Positions 32,193 to 42,324 of a DNA stretch of 64,000 nt are shown here, in pieces (position 1 is the first letter of the stretch; each line of letters begins with the position of its first letter). The DNA is from Candidatus Poribacteria bacterium (GTDB taxonomy: Bacteria; Poribacteria; WGA-4E; PCPOR2b), in NCBI GenBank assembly GCA_965198175.1, contig OZ240245.1, positions 32,001 to 96,000 of the forward strand. The letters are read 5' to 3'. A program made the translations under genes and the position numbers. The notes under the pieces are model-generated. The model was not told the origin of the DNA. It saw nothing but the letters and a program-made list of their open reading frames with translations, and ran no database searches.

Positions 32193-32368
32193 AAACGCCC
32201 TCCACATAAATGTCAACACAATAAGAGTGTGTAGTTGGTTGATCGCTCTACCCAACCTACGAGAACTAAGTTTTATATCGGATTGGTTTAAGATTATGTC
32301 ATAATGTCGAAACAGAAGTCAAGGGTGAAGTCAAAACGGGGGAGAACGTCGGGATTCAAGCCGTTGAG

Positions 32369-34231
32369 TTATATGTGAACGATATTCCTACGGTTTTCGC
32401 GCCGCCGCTCTTCAAGTTCGCGTTGATTTGCGGTTGTTGTGACTCGGGCGCGTAGTGCGCCTTGAACGGCGTCGGGCGCGTCGTTATGCTCTGCAGTCGG
32501 GAACTGACGGAACTGCGTCCAAAACTCAGCAGGTAAGCCCTGTTTATTGAACGCGAGCCAACCGTTGGCGATTGCGGGTTCAAGGGTTGCAATCCGCTCT
32601 TCTTTATTTTGGTTCTGCAGATGGTAATAGATGTTTTGGTTGAACATCAAATCTTGCGCCGCTTTATTGAACGCTAGGTTACTAGAAGTCAGAATCGTGC
32701 CATCGGGGTCGGGCCGTTGTTCGCAAACAAAGTTAGAATCCGGGTTTAGGGGACCTAGCATTGATAGTGCGCGTTGGTGGAGCAGGATGGCGTTTTCCAT
32801 CTGTTTTGTGAGGGGGACGCGATCCATCCAGCAGAGCAGAATGTATCCGTTGACGCCCGCAAAGGAGTCCACATTCTTATATCCACCCTGAAGCGGCTCC
32901 CAAGCAACAACGACAGCGCAGGCGAAAGCGTTTTGGCGACTATCCTTGCCACCCATGGAGTCGAGATAGGTGGTGAATCCGCCGATTTCATGCCAAAAGA
33001 CGAGGTGTCCGTCGGAACGCCGGAGTCCGTTGGCTTCAACTCGAAATGTTACGGCGTTCTCCATGTCGAAGAGCGACATGCTGGGGTCGCGGGCGATGTT
33101 CTGGAGTTCCCGTAAACAGAAGTGGTACCCTCGCTCAACAATCATTTTCCGGACTTTGAGATAGGACAGTTTTTCTTGCCAGAGGGTAACGACGCCGGAG
33201 TTCATCGCCTCCGCGTTAGCGTTATAGAATTTGTCCGCGTTCGCTTCGCGTTCAGCGTTATCTAATGTCAAGTCGCGATAAATAGCCTCCCATTCTTTCC
33301 AGATATGTTCGTGGGTTGGGTGGTACAGGTCTTCGGGGTAGGGGATGGCTTTGAAGTGTTCGGTCTTCCAGCCGGCGGTCTTCATTAGCCGCATGGATAT
33401 GCTGTCCGCGTGTTTGACGGTATCGGAGAAAATACAGTTAAGGTTCCCACCGATGTCGGAAGTGAACATGACATCTGAAAAGAACCAATCCCAATCTTCT
33501 TCACGCAGGTTAGGGTTCGAGCAGCGTTTCGGGTCTTCGAGGTCGTCGACCAGTACGAGTGTTGGGCGTTTTTCGTCAACGAGCGCGCCGCGCGGGGATT
33601 GGTTGCGTCCGAGCGGCAAGAGTGTCACACGGTTTGCGGTCTCGCATTCAACCGTTTTCCATACGGGACCGCGCAGGACTCCGAAGTCACGGACAATTTT
33701 GGGATTATCTATTAGCCCTTTGATGTTGCGTAGAATCTTTTTTGCCATGGGCTGGTTGCGGCTGATGATGAGGATAAATTTTTCGTCCGGGACACCTTCA
33801 GCGAGTTGGAAGGCTTTGAAACAGATTCGCCAGAGCGGGTACCAGACAGCGCAACAGGTTGTCTTTGCGGAGCCGCGCGGGGATTGGACGTTGACTCTGA
33901 CACCCGTTTTGTTATACGGGATGAGGTTCAGCAGACGGACATGGTGCGGCTGCAACGGCGACATGGTCATCGGGTTGTGGAAGTAGTATTCCACAAAGAA
34001 TTCCGGATAGACATAAGCCATGTGGACCACTAGGGTCCGGTCGTCATCATTCCGAATCGCGCCTTGTCGTCGAATCGTCTCGTAATGACTTCGGAGCTTC
34101 TGGGAGTTCCCCGTTCGTATCTCCCGGATTAGGTTGGGACTGGGCTGAATTGGCGTCCGCTTCGTCGGCGGGGCGCCGGTGCAACTGAACAGTCCCCGCG
34201 AGCGACGATAAGGCTGATTTATGTTTATCAT
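32369..34231 (-). CDS. Phage terminase large subunit (start uncertain; may be ATG 34021)
   Basis: Walker A SPRGSAKTT, Walker B RPTLVLVDDLED, RELQN, nuclease YLD and C-terminal QFPTAEHNDAPDA. Confidence 0.85.
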   Translation of the reverse strand: MININQPYRRSRGLFSCTGAPPTKRTPIQPSPNLIREIRTGNSQKLRSHYETIRRQGAIRNDDDRTLVVHMAYVYPEFFVEYYFHNPMTMSPLQPHHVRLLNLIPYNKTGVRVNVQSPRGSAKTTCCAVWYPLWRICFKAFQLAEGVPDEKFILIISRNQPMAKKILRNIKGLIDNPKIVRDFGVLRGPVWKTVECETANRVTLLPLGRNQSPRGALVDEKRPTLVLVDDLEDPKRCSNPNLREEDWDWFFSDVMFTSDIGGNLNCIFSDTVKHADSISMRLMKTAGWKTEHFKAIPYPEDLYHPTHEHIWKEWEAIYRDLTLDNAEREANADKFYNANAEAMNSGVVTLWQEKLSYLKVRKMIVERGYHFCLRELQNIARDPSMSLFDMENAVTFRVEANGLRRSDGHLVFWHEIGGFTTYLDSMGGKDSRQNAFACAVVVAWEPLQGGYKNVDSFAGVNGYILLCWMDRVPLTKQMENAILLHQRALSMLGPLNPDSNFVCEQRPDPDGTILTSSNLAFNKAAQDLMFNQNIYYHLQNQNKEERIATLEPAIANGWLAFNKQGLPAEFWTQFRQFPTAEHNDAPDAVQGALRARVTTTANQRELEERRRENRRNIVHI

Positions 34232-34628
34232 GGATTTGCTGCCTCAATTTAAGTCGTTTAAGATCTTCGATAGTTTCGGCTTTGACCGCCATGTCATCAA
34301 CTTGTTGCATCCGCTTGAGGGACTGTTCCAGGTTTGGCACGTATTCCGCGACCATAAAGTCGTACTGGTCTCTCACGGCGTCTGCGATGGCGCCGCCATA
34401 TTTCTGGGTGTTAAAGCGGTCTTTATTTTTTGGATTGCAGACCTGAATTGCAGAGCGTATCGCTTTTCGATCGCGCGCTGCGTTTCCGGTTCTGCAATTT
34501 GAGAAGTTAGGATTTTGGTAAATGGCATCTACAGTTTTCGTCGTTCCGAATCTCACGATGTTGTATGCAATATTTTTTCGTATGTCTTCGTCGTTCAAGG
34601 CATCGAGCCATAGTGTTTTATCTTGCAT
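34047..34628 (-). CDS. Putative terminase small subunit
   Basis: Position directly upstream of and overlapping TerL; helical/coiled-coil middle with a disordered tail; AAGGA RBS. No recognisable motif. Confidence 0.45.
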   Translation of the reverse strand: MQDKTLWLDALNDEDIRKNIAYNIVRFGTTKTVDAIYQNPNFSNCRTGNAARDRKAIRSAIQVCNPKNKDRFNTQKYGGAIADAVRDQYDFMVAEYVPNLEQSLKRMQQVDDMAVKAETIEDLKRLKLRQQIHDKHKSALSSLAGTVQLHRRPADEADANSAQSQPNPGDTNGELPEAPKSLRDDSTTRRDSE

Positions 34629-35121
34629 TTTATTTTCCTTTGGGTATTTTTTCCGATTATTCGATTACACGGCATTACATTGAAATTACACCGGTGTAAT
34701 TCTCGGATCGCTGGAGTTTAGTACCGGCGCGGATTTAGCAATTTTCGAATTACACCGCTTTGTTTTTTTTTCGCATCGTGGCAATTGATTTGTGAATTGT
34801 ACCGCGGGGGTTAGCGAGCAAAAAAAAAACCCAAAAGCGACAGTTTTAGATTCAAGACTGCCTCGTTTGGGTTTGTCTTGCGCGCTTGCGCGCTAGTTAT
34901 TCAATTGTAGCGATAATTATGCAGGACACCTCTTTGGGTTTATAAAATAGCTTTTAACGAACACCAAATGTTAATGTTTCTATTATACGGGATGGTATCA
35001 TCAGTTGTCAAGTTATTTTTATCACTCCGTTATTTTTCGTTAAGGAGCATAGTGCATCGCACGGGAGAACTTATTCACTTACTGGAGCTCTCGGCTCACG
35101 TGCATGTGCTCGCGATTTTAG

Positions 35122-36852
35122 TTACTCTTCTCGCCGTTTGGCTTTTCGACGGCGATAACAGACGACGAAATAGAGAGCGACGCATAAACTTAAGCTTAAG
35201 CCGAATATGAAATGGTCATGGTCCATGACGTAGATAGTTATGTTGTCAATGTTGTCTCCTAATATTGCCATAATAACAGCTGCTATACCAGCTGTTATTA
35301 TGAACATAGTGACAATTTGGACGTACTCTTTTGCCATTTTCTTCCACGCGAATAGCTCGTCCTTAATGGCTTTCACTTCGTCTATTAGAGTAAATGTAAT
35401 GTTCGATATTTTTTCTGTGTTCTTTTGAAGAAATTCTAGGCGTTTTTCCGTTCGCAGAACAGGATCTTCAATTTTATCAATCCAGGAAGCGGCATCCTCA
35501 CGCTGCAAAAACCAATCGGGATGTTCTTGGAGAAACCGTTGTAGGGCAGGCGCTTTAATTTTCTCAATCCAATGAGCGGGATTATCGCGCCCAACAAAAT
35601 AATCGTAAGCCCATCCGGGTTTTTCCTCTTCACGTGTCTGGATATCCCGTTGCATGTCAGGATCTTCAATTTTATCAATCCAGTAAGCAGCATCCCAGCG
35701 AAGGCGAAGGGTGCCATAGTAATCGTCCAGTAAAAACCAACTGGGATGTTCTTGGAGAAGCTGTTCGGCGCGGTTTTTAAATTGATCGCTATAGTGAACG
35801 GGAATTTCAGGGGCATGAATAACACATGCCCGCAACTCTTTTCTAAGAACCTGGTTTCGATAGAATTCGGGCTTATCAATTGCAACATGGAGGAAGTCGT
35901 CTTTGTCTTTTTCAAAACATTCCCTGAATTCTTCGGGGGTGTCGATCAAGGCATCGGCATAATATACTAGTCTCAAAGCGATGTCATCGCTGTTTTTCAG
36001 GTCATGGCCTTTTCTATTCCGGTAGAGTAGCCTAGCCAAGTGAAAGCGACACTCTACAAAGGGATAAAGAAATTTTTTCAGGTCCAGCGGGGAAAGATAA
36101 GATTCTGATATGTTTTCATTTTCGCTCGTCCATCTCTTTATTGCGGCAGGGACATCCATGTCGGGCGGAACATCCATTGTTAACTTTTGTCCCATTTCCG
36201 CAAGGATGCGTGCCGAGGAATGATTTACCGGCATCGTCTCGAATAGTTTCCACGCGAAATAATTGGTATTGTGGTTCGAGACAGTGCATTCGATTGCTGT
36301 AACCCAGTGGTGATCCCTTAGTATTTCAAAAGGGCCAGATCTCTCGTACAAATCAACCAGTATCTCGCCAGGTATACGTTTATTGCGCAGGAACGACTTT
36401 AGAAGTTGCCAAGATTCAACACAAGATTCATTTAGACCTTTAGGCATATAACCCGCTACAAATTTATTGAGCAAGAACGGCGCTAGGTCATTCCAAGATT
36501 CATCACAAGATTCACTACAACAGGATTCCAGAATTTCCTCTAAGACGCCCGAACTTTCGACCCAGCTGGGATTCCCATCATTCCGGGTTTTTACCGAGGG
36601 CCCTTCCAAAGCCGCCCGCTTAATTGTCTTGTCGCCATACCTAAAAAGCCGCTCCGCTATCTTATCGTCATATCCCCACAATGCCAAGCCGAGATTTATC
36701 AGCGGTTCATTGCGAGCAAACAGGGCTTTTCGACACGAGAACGGGGTTGATTGCCGTTCTCTTAACCACTTAAATACGGTATCAGCACTAGCATGAGAAA
36801 GCCAGTATTCTAGATAATCCGTATTTTGTAGTATTACATCATCTTCTTTCAT
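35122..36852 (-). CDS. Hypothetical helical protein with internal repeats, coiled coil and two C-terminal TM helices
   Basis: 576-aa ORF, GGAGG RBS, three W-I-D/E-K-I repeats. Confidence 0.6.
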   Translation of the reverse strand: MKEDDVILQNTDYLEYWLSHASADTVFKWLRERQSTPFSCRKALFARNEPLINLGLALWGYDDKIAERLFRYGDKTIKRAALEGPSVKTRNDGNPSWVESSGVLEEILESCCSESCDESWNDLAPFLLNKFVAGYMPKGLNESCVESWQLLKSFLRNKRIPGEILVDLYERSGPFEILRDHHWVTAIECTVSNHNTNYFAWKLFETMPVNHSSARILAEMGQKLTMDVPPDMDVPAAIKRWTSENENISESYLSPLDLKKFLYPFVECRFHLARLLYRNRKGHDLKNSDDIALRLVYYADALIDTPEEFRECFEKDKDDFLHVAIDKPEFYRNQVLRKELRACVIHAPEIPVHYSDQFKNRAEQLLQEHPSWFLLDDYYGTLRLRWDAAYWIDKIEDPDMQRDIQTREEEKPGWAYDYFVGRDNPAHWIEKIKAPALQRFLQEHPDWFLQREDAASWIDKIEDPVLRTEKRLEFLQKNTEKISNITFTLIDEVKAIKDELFAWKKMAKEYVQIVTMFIITAGIAAVIMAILGDNIDNITIYVMDHDHFIFGLSLSLCVALYFVVCYRRRKAKRREE

Positions 36853-37140
36853 TTTCTAAAGCCTCCGTAAAGCAGTGACCAGTGCATAATGGTCAGAATG
36901 AAAGGACCGTTACCAAGCACTCAGCAAAATCAAGGCAATCGCAGAATCCTGTTTGCGGCGTGATTGTCTGAACTGTGATTTGTATGATTGAGTGATGGAC
37001 TATGATTAAGAGCGCACATAAGTATTCGGTGTTGACAGGGAAGGTGATTGGCTGTTGCTGAAGTAGCAAGCATTACTGGATATTCTTACTCGATTCACGT
37101 TATTCATGCACCGACATCTTAGAGAAATGGTATTAGCTTT

Positions 37141-37239
37141 TGTAGGTTGGGTTGAGCCAACGGCGAAACCCAACGCTTTTGAAACCTCCGGACGACAGAA
37201 AAGCGTTGGGGTTCGTGCAAGCACTCAACCCAACCTACA
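37141..37239. repeat. GTAG-type REP doublet (REPIN)
   Basis: TGTAGGTTGGGTTGAG...CTCAACCCAACCTACA terminal inverted repeat with inner CCCAACGCTTTT/AAAAGCGTTGGG arms. Confidence 0.85.
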
Positions 37240-37270
37240 TTGCTCGCCAAGTATATATAATCGGGTTTTA

Positions 37271-37600
37271 TCAACAAGAACCCGAAATTGCACCCACAAT
37301 CCAAATAAAAGCCACTATACCTATGAAAGTGAGACAACCAAACCGTTTCATAAAAGGAATTGGGCTTTCTTTAAGAACCTCGGTTTCCACCTTATAAGCC
37401 TCCAATTCCCAACCTCTGCCACAAATATTGCAAAGCATAAGATACTTTTTCTCTGTAACAAAGTTAAAAATCCAATATACACCCCAATGTCTATACTGAA
37501 GAACAAGATTAAATTGTCGTTCTTTGTCACAAACCTCACAATGCTGAGTGGCGACAGAACCGCAATCAATTACATCACCACCAGAACCCCAAACTATCAT
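37271..37600 (-). CDS. Zinc-ribbon domain membrane protein
   Basis: MIVWG, CEVC...CNIC, C-terminal TM helix; AGGAGG RBS before ATG 37600. Confidence 0.75.
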   Translation of the reverse strand: MIVWGSGGDVIDCGSVATQHCEVCDKERQFNLVLQYRHWGVYWIFNFVTEKKYLMLCNICGRGWELEAYKVETEVLKESPIPFMKRFGCLTFIGIVAFIWIVGAISGSC

Positions 37601-37848
37601 TGAACTCCTCCTGTGGAGGCTGCTCACTTCGGGCAATAGTTGCTCGGTTTGATTCAGATGTTGTTTGCTCGAATCTTAACATCAAATGGAAACAGGCCTC
37701 CATAGTGTATACCACGAACCTAGTCGTGGCGCGGGTTTAATCGATCCAAGCGGGATCGGGTATCACGTAAAAATCAGTTCCTCCCCGTCAGGAGCTAGTA
37801 TTGAGGCGGAAATGGGCGATTATGTCTCGAATTGACGCAGTAAAAACG

Positions 37849-37920
37849 TCAATTCTTTTTGGAAACCCATTTCCACCATATAACAACTAGTATTTGCTTC
37901 CAATTCCGAATGTTGAACAT
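37849..37920 (-). pseudogene. Truncated 5' remnant of the 41613..42308 gene family
   Basis: MFNIRNWKQILV resembles MLTLQNWKSKLV; preceded by GGAGG and the same duplicated promoter block; stops after 23 codons. Confidence 0.5.
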
Positions 37921-37939
37921 GTGTAATCCTCCATGTAGT

Positions 37940-38273
37940 AGTGGTTAGTGGCTAGTGGCGAGCAAAGGCTTTAAACTAGCCACTGGATACTTTACACATC
38001 CTTACTTAACATAATACAAGAAACCCCACTATATGTCAACCCTAAATTTAAAAGCAGTGGTCAGTTGCCAGTGACCTGATTTTTTGACCACTGCCTTTAG
38101 ATTGTAGGTTGGGTGGAGTGGATTTGATGAGCGGAGAAAACTGAAGAAGACTATCGCACTCGCTATTCGATCGCTTGATCGTTGGGTGTTGCTTCAACAT
38201 AAACAGTTATCCAACAATCTGAACATACGAATCCCTTGCGGAGTTTTACCATCACCGCTCAACCCAACCTACA
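37940..38273 (-). repeat. Promoter+REPIN module, copy 1
   Basis: Shared with 39150..39487 and 42325..42677; TTGACA-N17-TATTAT at 38039..38011; REPIN-like 38103..38273. Confidence 0.85.
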
Positions 38274-38321
38274 TGGCTGCTCGCTTTTGTAAGTTCAACC
38301 AGCATACCGTGCTGACCCCAG

Positions 38322-39131
38322 TTATTCCGGCATCCGTATAACCTCACGATCTTCGCCACGCCCACGAGTTATGAGGACTTCACCGCCATGTTCACCTATC
38401 AGAAGGCTTGCTGACCCTGCGTTACTAAGCACGCCGACCGATGGGGTATATTCACGACCACTCATAAGTAGCACATTAGGGAACGTACTTATACCTGGGT
38501 ACAAGTTGACACTAGCAAAATCTCCATTGCTATCGAGCGAGACTCGAACCTGCGTAACTTTATCGTACACATCGTACACTCTGACCATACCGCCAATTTC
38601 AAGGACACCGAGGTCCACTTGCCCACCTTTACCTTTCACGATGACCTGACCACCATGTTCATTGATACTAAGAGCCGCTTGAATTTTCCCCTCTTCTCCA
38701 CCAAACACGTCGACCCGACCGCCAAGTTCATCGGTAACGACACGCACCCCACCTTGCCTATCCTTATCGCTAACGAGGACTTGACCGCCATGTTCATTAA
38801 CGCCTAAGTCAACCTTAGGTTTCCCATCTTTACTAAGAATGCCTATAAGCCCGCCATGTTCATTAACATATAAGCCAACCTTAGGCTTCCCATCGGTACC
38901 AAGGACACTTACAGCCCCGCCATCTCCAACAATACCGAGACGCACTTTACCTATCCCATCTTTATCGTACACTTTGACTTGACCACCATCAACGACCGTC
39001 AACCCAGTACACTCAATGTGACCGAACTTATCGCGTTGCGCTGTGACTGGTGAAACCAACAACGCCGTCAACAAACTCCCTATGACTCCACCAATAATAC
39101 CGCTTATAACCAGATAGTGTTTCGTGTTCAT
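38322..39131 (-). CDS. Secreted Gly/Val-rich ~22-aa repeat protein (paralogue A)
   Basis: Hydrophobic N-terminus, SPVTAQRDKFGHIECTGLTVVDGG, repeated NEHGG.V.V..KDG units, ends RMPE. Confidence 0.75.
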   Translation of the reverse strand: MNTKHYLVISGIIGGVIGSLLTALLVSPVTAQRDKFGHIECTGLTVVDGGQVKVYDKDGIGKVRLGIVGDGGAVSVLGTDGKPKVGLYVNEHGGLIGILSKDGKPKVDLGVNEHGGQVLVSDKDRQGGVRVVTDELGGRVDVFGGEEGKIQAALSINEHGGQVIVKGKGGQVDLGVLEIGGMVRVYDVYDKVTQVRVSLDSNGDFASVNLYPGISTFPNVLLMSGREYTPSVGVLSNAGSASLLIGEHGGEVLITRGRGEDREVIRMPE

Positions 39132-39149
39132 TGTTTTCTCCTTAGTTTT

Positions 39150-39487
39150 AGAAACAGTGACCAGTAGCCAGTGGCTAATGACCTGTTTTTTACTCTGACC
39201 ACAGGATACCTTACTTATCTTTACTTAACATAATACAAGGAAAATCGCTATATTTCAACTCTAAATTTTAAAGCAGTTGCTAGTGACCTGTTTTTTTGAC
39301 GGCTGCCTTTAGATTGTAGGTTGGGTGGAGTGGATGTGATGAGCGGAGAAAACTGAAGAAGACTATCGCACTCGCTATTCGCTCGCTTGATCCTGTTCGG
39401 TCGCTTGATCGTTGGGTTTCGTTAATTGTCTATGGAATTACTATCGCGCTCGCTGTCCGCTAGGTTGATCTCTCAACCCAACCTACA
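39150..39487 (-). repeat. Promoter+REPIN module, copy 2
   Basis: TTGAAA-N17-TATTAT at 39258..39230; REPIN-like 39315..39487. Confidence 0.85.
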
Positions 39488-39718
39488 TTGCTAGAGCTTC
39501 AGCCGATAAAGGACACAGTTATTATCCAGTCTATAACCGTGCGTTGTCTGATTGTAAAGAAGAAAATATACTGAGGGGGTATTAGAATGCGAAGCACCAC
39601 AACCCCCATATCTTGTGTTTATTTGTTGACATGATAACCCATAAGTGATACAATTCCATAAGCGTAAAATATCAATGCCATTATTCTCCCTTAAGCTCAA
39701 AGCGAAGGGGGAATCAAA

Positions 39719-40024
39719 ATGGAAGCAGTTACTAGTGGCGATTTGTTTAGAATTGTAATTAGTGGGTTTGTCGCGGTCGTTGCTATCGTTGGGGTAGCGG
39801 TTACCTTTGTGACGTTTATGTTTAATCGAATTGATAAACGTTTTGAGGTTTATGAAAAGCTCCTCACAACTAAATTTGAGAACTATCCAACTAAGGATGA
39901 CATCTATAAGCTACAGGCTCAGATGTCCAAAGACCATGAAACCCTCGCTACAAAAGTAGACGATTTGAATGCGCTACTTTTGAATCATGTAAATAATCCT
40001 ACTTTACACACTGTTACTGGTTGA
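39719..40024 (+). CDS. Small protein with N-terminal TM helix and coiled coil
   Basis: GGGGGA RBS, hydrophobic residues ~10-35, heptad-like tail; followed by a terminator. Confidence 0.6.
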   Translation: MEAVTSGDLFRIVISGFVAVVAIVGVAVTFVTFMFNRIDKRFEVYEKLLTTKFENYPTKDDIYKLQAQMSKDHETLATKVDDLNALLLNHVNNPTLHTVTG

Positions 40025-40052
40025 GTGCAATTTGCTTCTTCCCAAACGTGTA

Positions 40053-40084
40053 GCCCCTTCTGGAAACCAGTAGGGGCATTTTTT
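40053..40084 (+). terminator. Rho-independent terminator
   Basis: GCCCCT-T-CTGG-AAA-CCAG-T-AGGGGC followed by a T run. Confidence 0.7.
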
Positions 40085-40254
40085 ATGCGAAGCACCCTTT
40101 GAGAAACACATCGAAGATATTGGGTGTGTTTCTGTGGTTATGCTTCCAGCGCGCCGTAGATTTCTATATTATGCTACGCCCGTTAATCTTTCATTTGAAA
40201 ATAAGGAGGTTTAAATTGAATATCAGAAGGTTCACCACATTAGCGTCTATACTA

Positions 40255-41074
40255 GGTTCTGTTGACATTTGGTTATAAGGTTGTGGCATAATAGAAGAAT
40301 GATGCCAATAACCTTACCTGATGACCAATGGAGAAAAATATACCAGTTTCTTCTAAGCTGTTCCAACATCTATGTCCGCAACGAAGCCGGAACCCGACGA
40401 TTCGTCGAAGCCGTCCTGTGGGTGACTCGCAGCGGTGCGCAATGGAGATTATTACCAACTGCCTATGGCAATTGGAACTCCATCTACAAGCGGTTTAGTA
40501 ACTGGTGTGACATAGGAATCTTCACACAGATGCACCGCTACTTCGCCTCTGACCCAGATATGGAGACACTTATTATTGACACGACCATTTGCCGGGCTCA
40601 CCCATGCGCGGCTGGAGCCTCAAAAAAAACGGAGGTGCTGAAAACCAAGCGCTAGGACGCTCTCGGGGCGGCTTTAGCACAAAAATTCATATCACAGTTG
40701 ACGCACTAGGTAATCCGCTTAGACTCCAGCTAACTCCCGGTCAGAGACACGACATAGCTGAAGCCGAAGCGTTGATAGTTGGATATAACAGCGAGCATGT
40801 AATTGGAGACAAGGGATACGATTCGGACAGTTTTATCGACGTTATTGAAGCGAATGGAGCGACGGCGGTGATACCGCCTCGACGTAATCGTGGCGCTCAA
40901 AGAACATATGACAAACATTTATACAAAGAGAGACATCTGGTTGAATGTTTCATCAACAAGATAAAATGGTATCGTCGTATCTTCTCTCGTTTCGAGAAGC
41001 TGGCTGCCCGCTATTTCGGATTTCTGAGTTTTGTCTCTACTCTTATCTGGCTCCGTTGAAATGTCAACAGAACC
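40255..41074 (+). mobile_element. IS5-family insertion sequence, 820 bp
   Basis: Perfect 16-bp terminal inverted repeats GGTTCTGTTGACATTT/AAATGTCAACAGAACC; TA duplication within a CTAG target. Confidence 0.92.
40299..41059 (+). CDS. IS5-family transposase, two ORFs joined by a -1 frameshift
   Basis: RSGAQWRLLP, IIDTT (D), GRSRGG.STKIH, GDKGYDS (D), RHLVEC (E); A8 slippery run at 40622-40629. Confidence 0.9.
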
Positions 41075-41498
41075 TAGGGATTGTCGTTTTAATTATGCAG
41101 TTTTCTGCCTGTGAGCATATCGCCCAGGTATTGTCCGATGACGATTCGCCTGCGGATGAACCCACGGGCCATGAGATTATTGACGCTACAACGTATGCCA
41201 TCAAAGACCTGCCAATTGAAGACATTTCAGCAGTGATTCTTGAGGGAGTCCCGATTCAGGTCAATCTCCATATCAAGGGGCACCTTACAGACAGTTGCAC
41301 AACGATTCATCAGACGACAGAGTGGCGACAAGACAATGCAATCCATGTTCAAATTACGACTAAACGTCCTATTGACTTGGTGTGCGCCACTGTAGTTACT
41401 GAAATCGAACACATCGTACCTCTTGGAGCATTTGATCCGGGCGAGTATCAGGCAATTGTCAACGGATTCGTCATCAATTTTACGGTAAATTAGCTCTC

Positions 41499-41598
41499 GT
41501 AGGTTGGGTGGAGTGGATTTGATGAGCAGAGAAAACTATCGCGCTTCCTATTCGGTCACTTGATCTATTCGCTCAGTTGATCGCTCAACCCAACCTAC
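41499..41598. repeat. Short REPIN-like element
   Basis: GTAGGTTGGGTGGAG...CTCAACCCAACCTAC. Confidence 0.8.
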
Positions 41599-41612
41599 CT
41601 TGTTGACCCGAG

Positions 41613-42308
41613 TTATTCCGGCATCCGTAACCTACCACCTTTATTATCGATCGTCTCGACAAAACCACCATTTTCATTGATATACACCCAACTTTGCCTA
41701 TCTCTACCACGCGCGGCGACACGACCGCCATGTTCATTGCAACCGAGAGCTGCTAAAGCTACATCATTTTTGCCCCACACTTCGACCAGACCACCAGATT
41801 CCTTGACAGTCAGTAGCACCGCAGCACGCCCATCTTTACCGTGCACACTGACCTGACCGCCGCCAAAAATTGGAACTTCACCGAGCATCATTATAGTTTG
41901 TCCATTCGGACGGCGCAAGGTGATATCACCGCCAACTTCACTATTAGAGATGGTCACCTCAGATAGGAACGACCCCTGTTTACCGTGCACGTCCACGTGA
42001 CCGCTATCTTCAAGGCCTAAGAGAGTCACCCCAGATTTCCCATCTGGACCGAGCACTTCGACCTGAGCGCCGCCTTCAATGATACTGAGAGACACTTGAT
42101 CTTGAACTTGACCTTGACCATCTTTACCGAGCACCGCGACTCGACCGCCATCAACGACCGTCAACCCGGTGCACTCAATGTGACCGAACTTATCCCTTTG
42201 CGCCGTGACTGGCGACGCCAGCATCCCGATTATCGTGCAAAGACACCCGAAAAAACTACCGAACCCGATATAGACTAACTTGGACTTCCAATTCTGAAGC
42301 GTAAGCAT
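41613..42308 (-). CDS. Secreted Gly/Val-rich ~22-aa repeat protein (paralogue B)
   Basis: Identical SPVTAQRDKFGHIECTGLTVVDGG block and RMPE end as 38322..39131; AGGAGG RBS. Confidence 0.75.
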   Translation of the reverse strand: MLTLQNWKSKLVYIGFGSFFGCLCTIIGMLASPVTAQRDKFGHIECTGLTVVDGGRVAVLGKDGQGQVQDQVSLSIIEGGAQVEVLGPDGKSGVTLLGLEDSGHVDVHGKQGSFLSEVTISNSEVGGDITLRRPNGQTIMMLGEVPIFGGGQVSVHGKDGRAAVLLTVKESGGLVEVWGKNDVALAALGCNEHGGRVAARGRDRQSWVYINENGGFVETIDNKGGRLRMPE

Positions 42309-42324
42309 TATGTTTCCTCCTTGT

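Larger units (their letters stand above)
40216..41493 (+). pseudogene. Lipoprotein gene interrupted by an IS in its signal peptide
   Basis: Removing the IS gives MNIRRFTTLASILGIVVLIMQFSAC... in frame; AAGGAGG RBS before TTG 40216. Confidence 0.8.

Noticed and set aside
38120..38145. Hammerhead ribozyme or C/D-box look of TGATGAGCGGAGAAAACTGA in the REPINs
   Set aside because: It lacks the C of CUGANGA and a stem II, and the segment is better explained as part of the repeat's palindromic arm.
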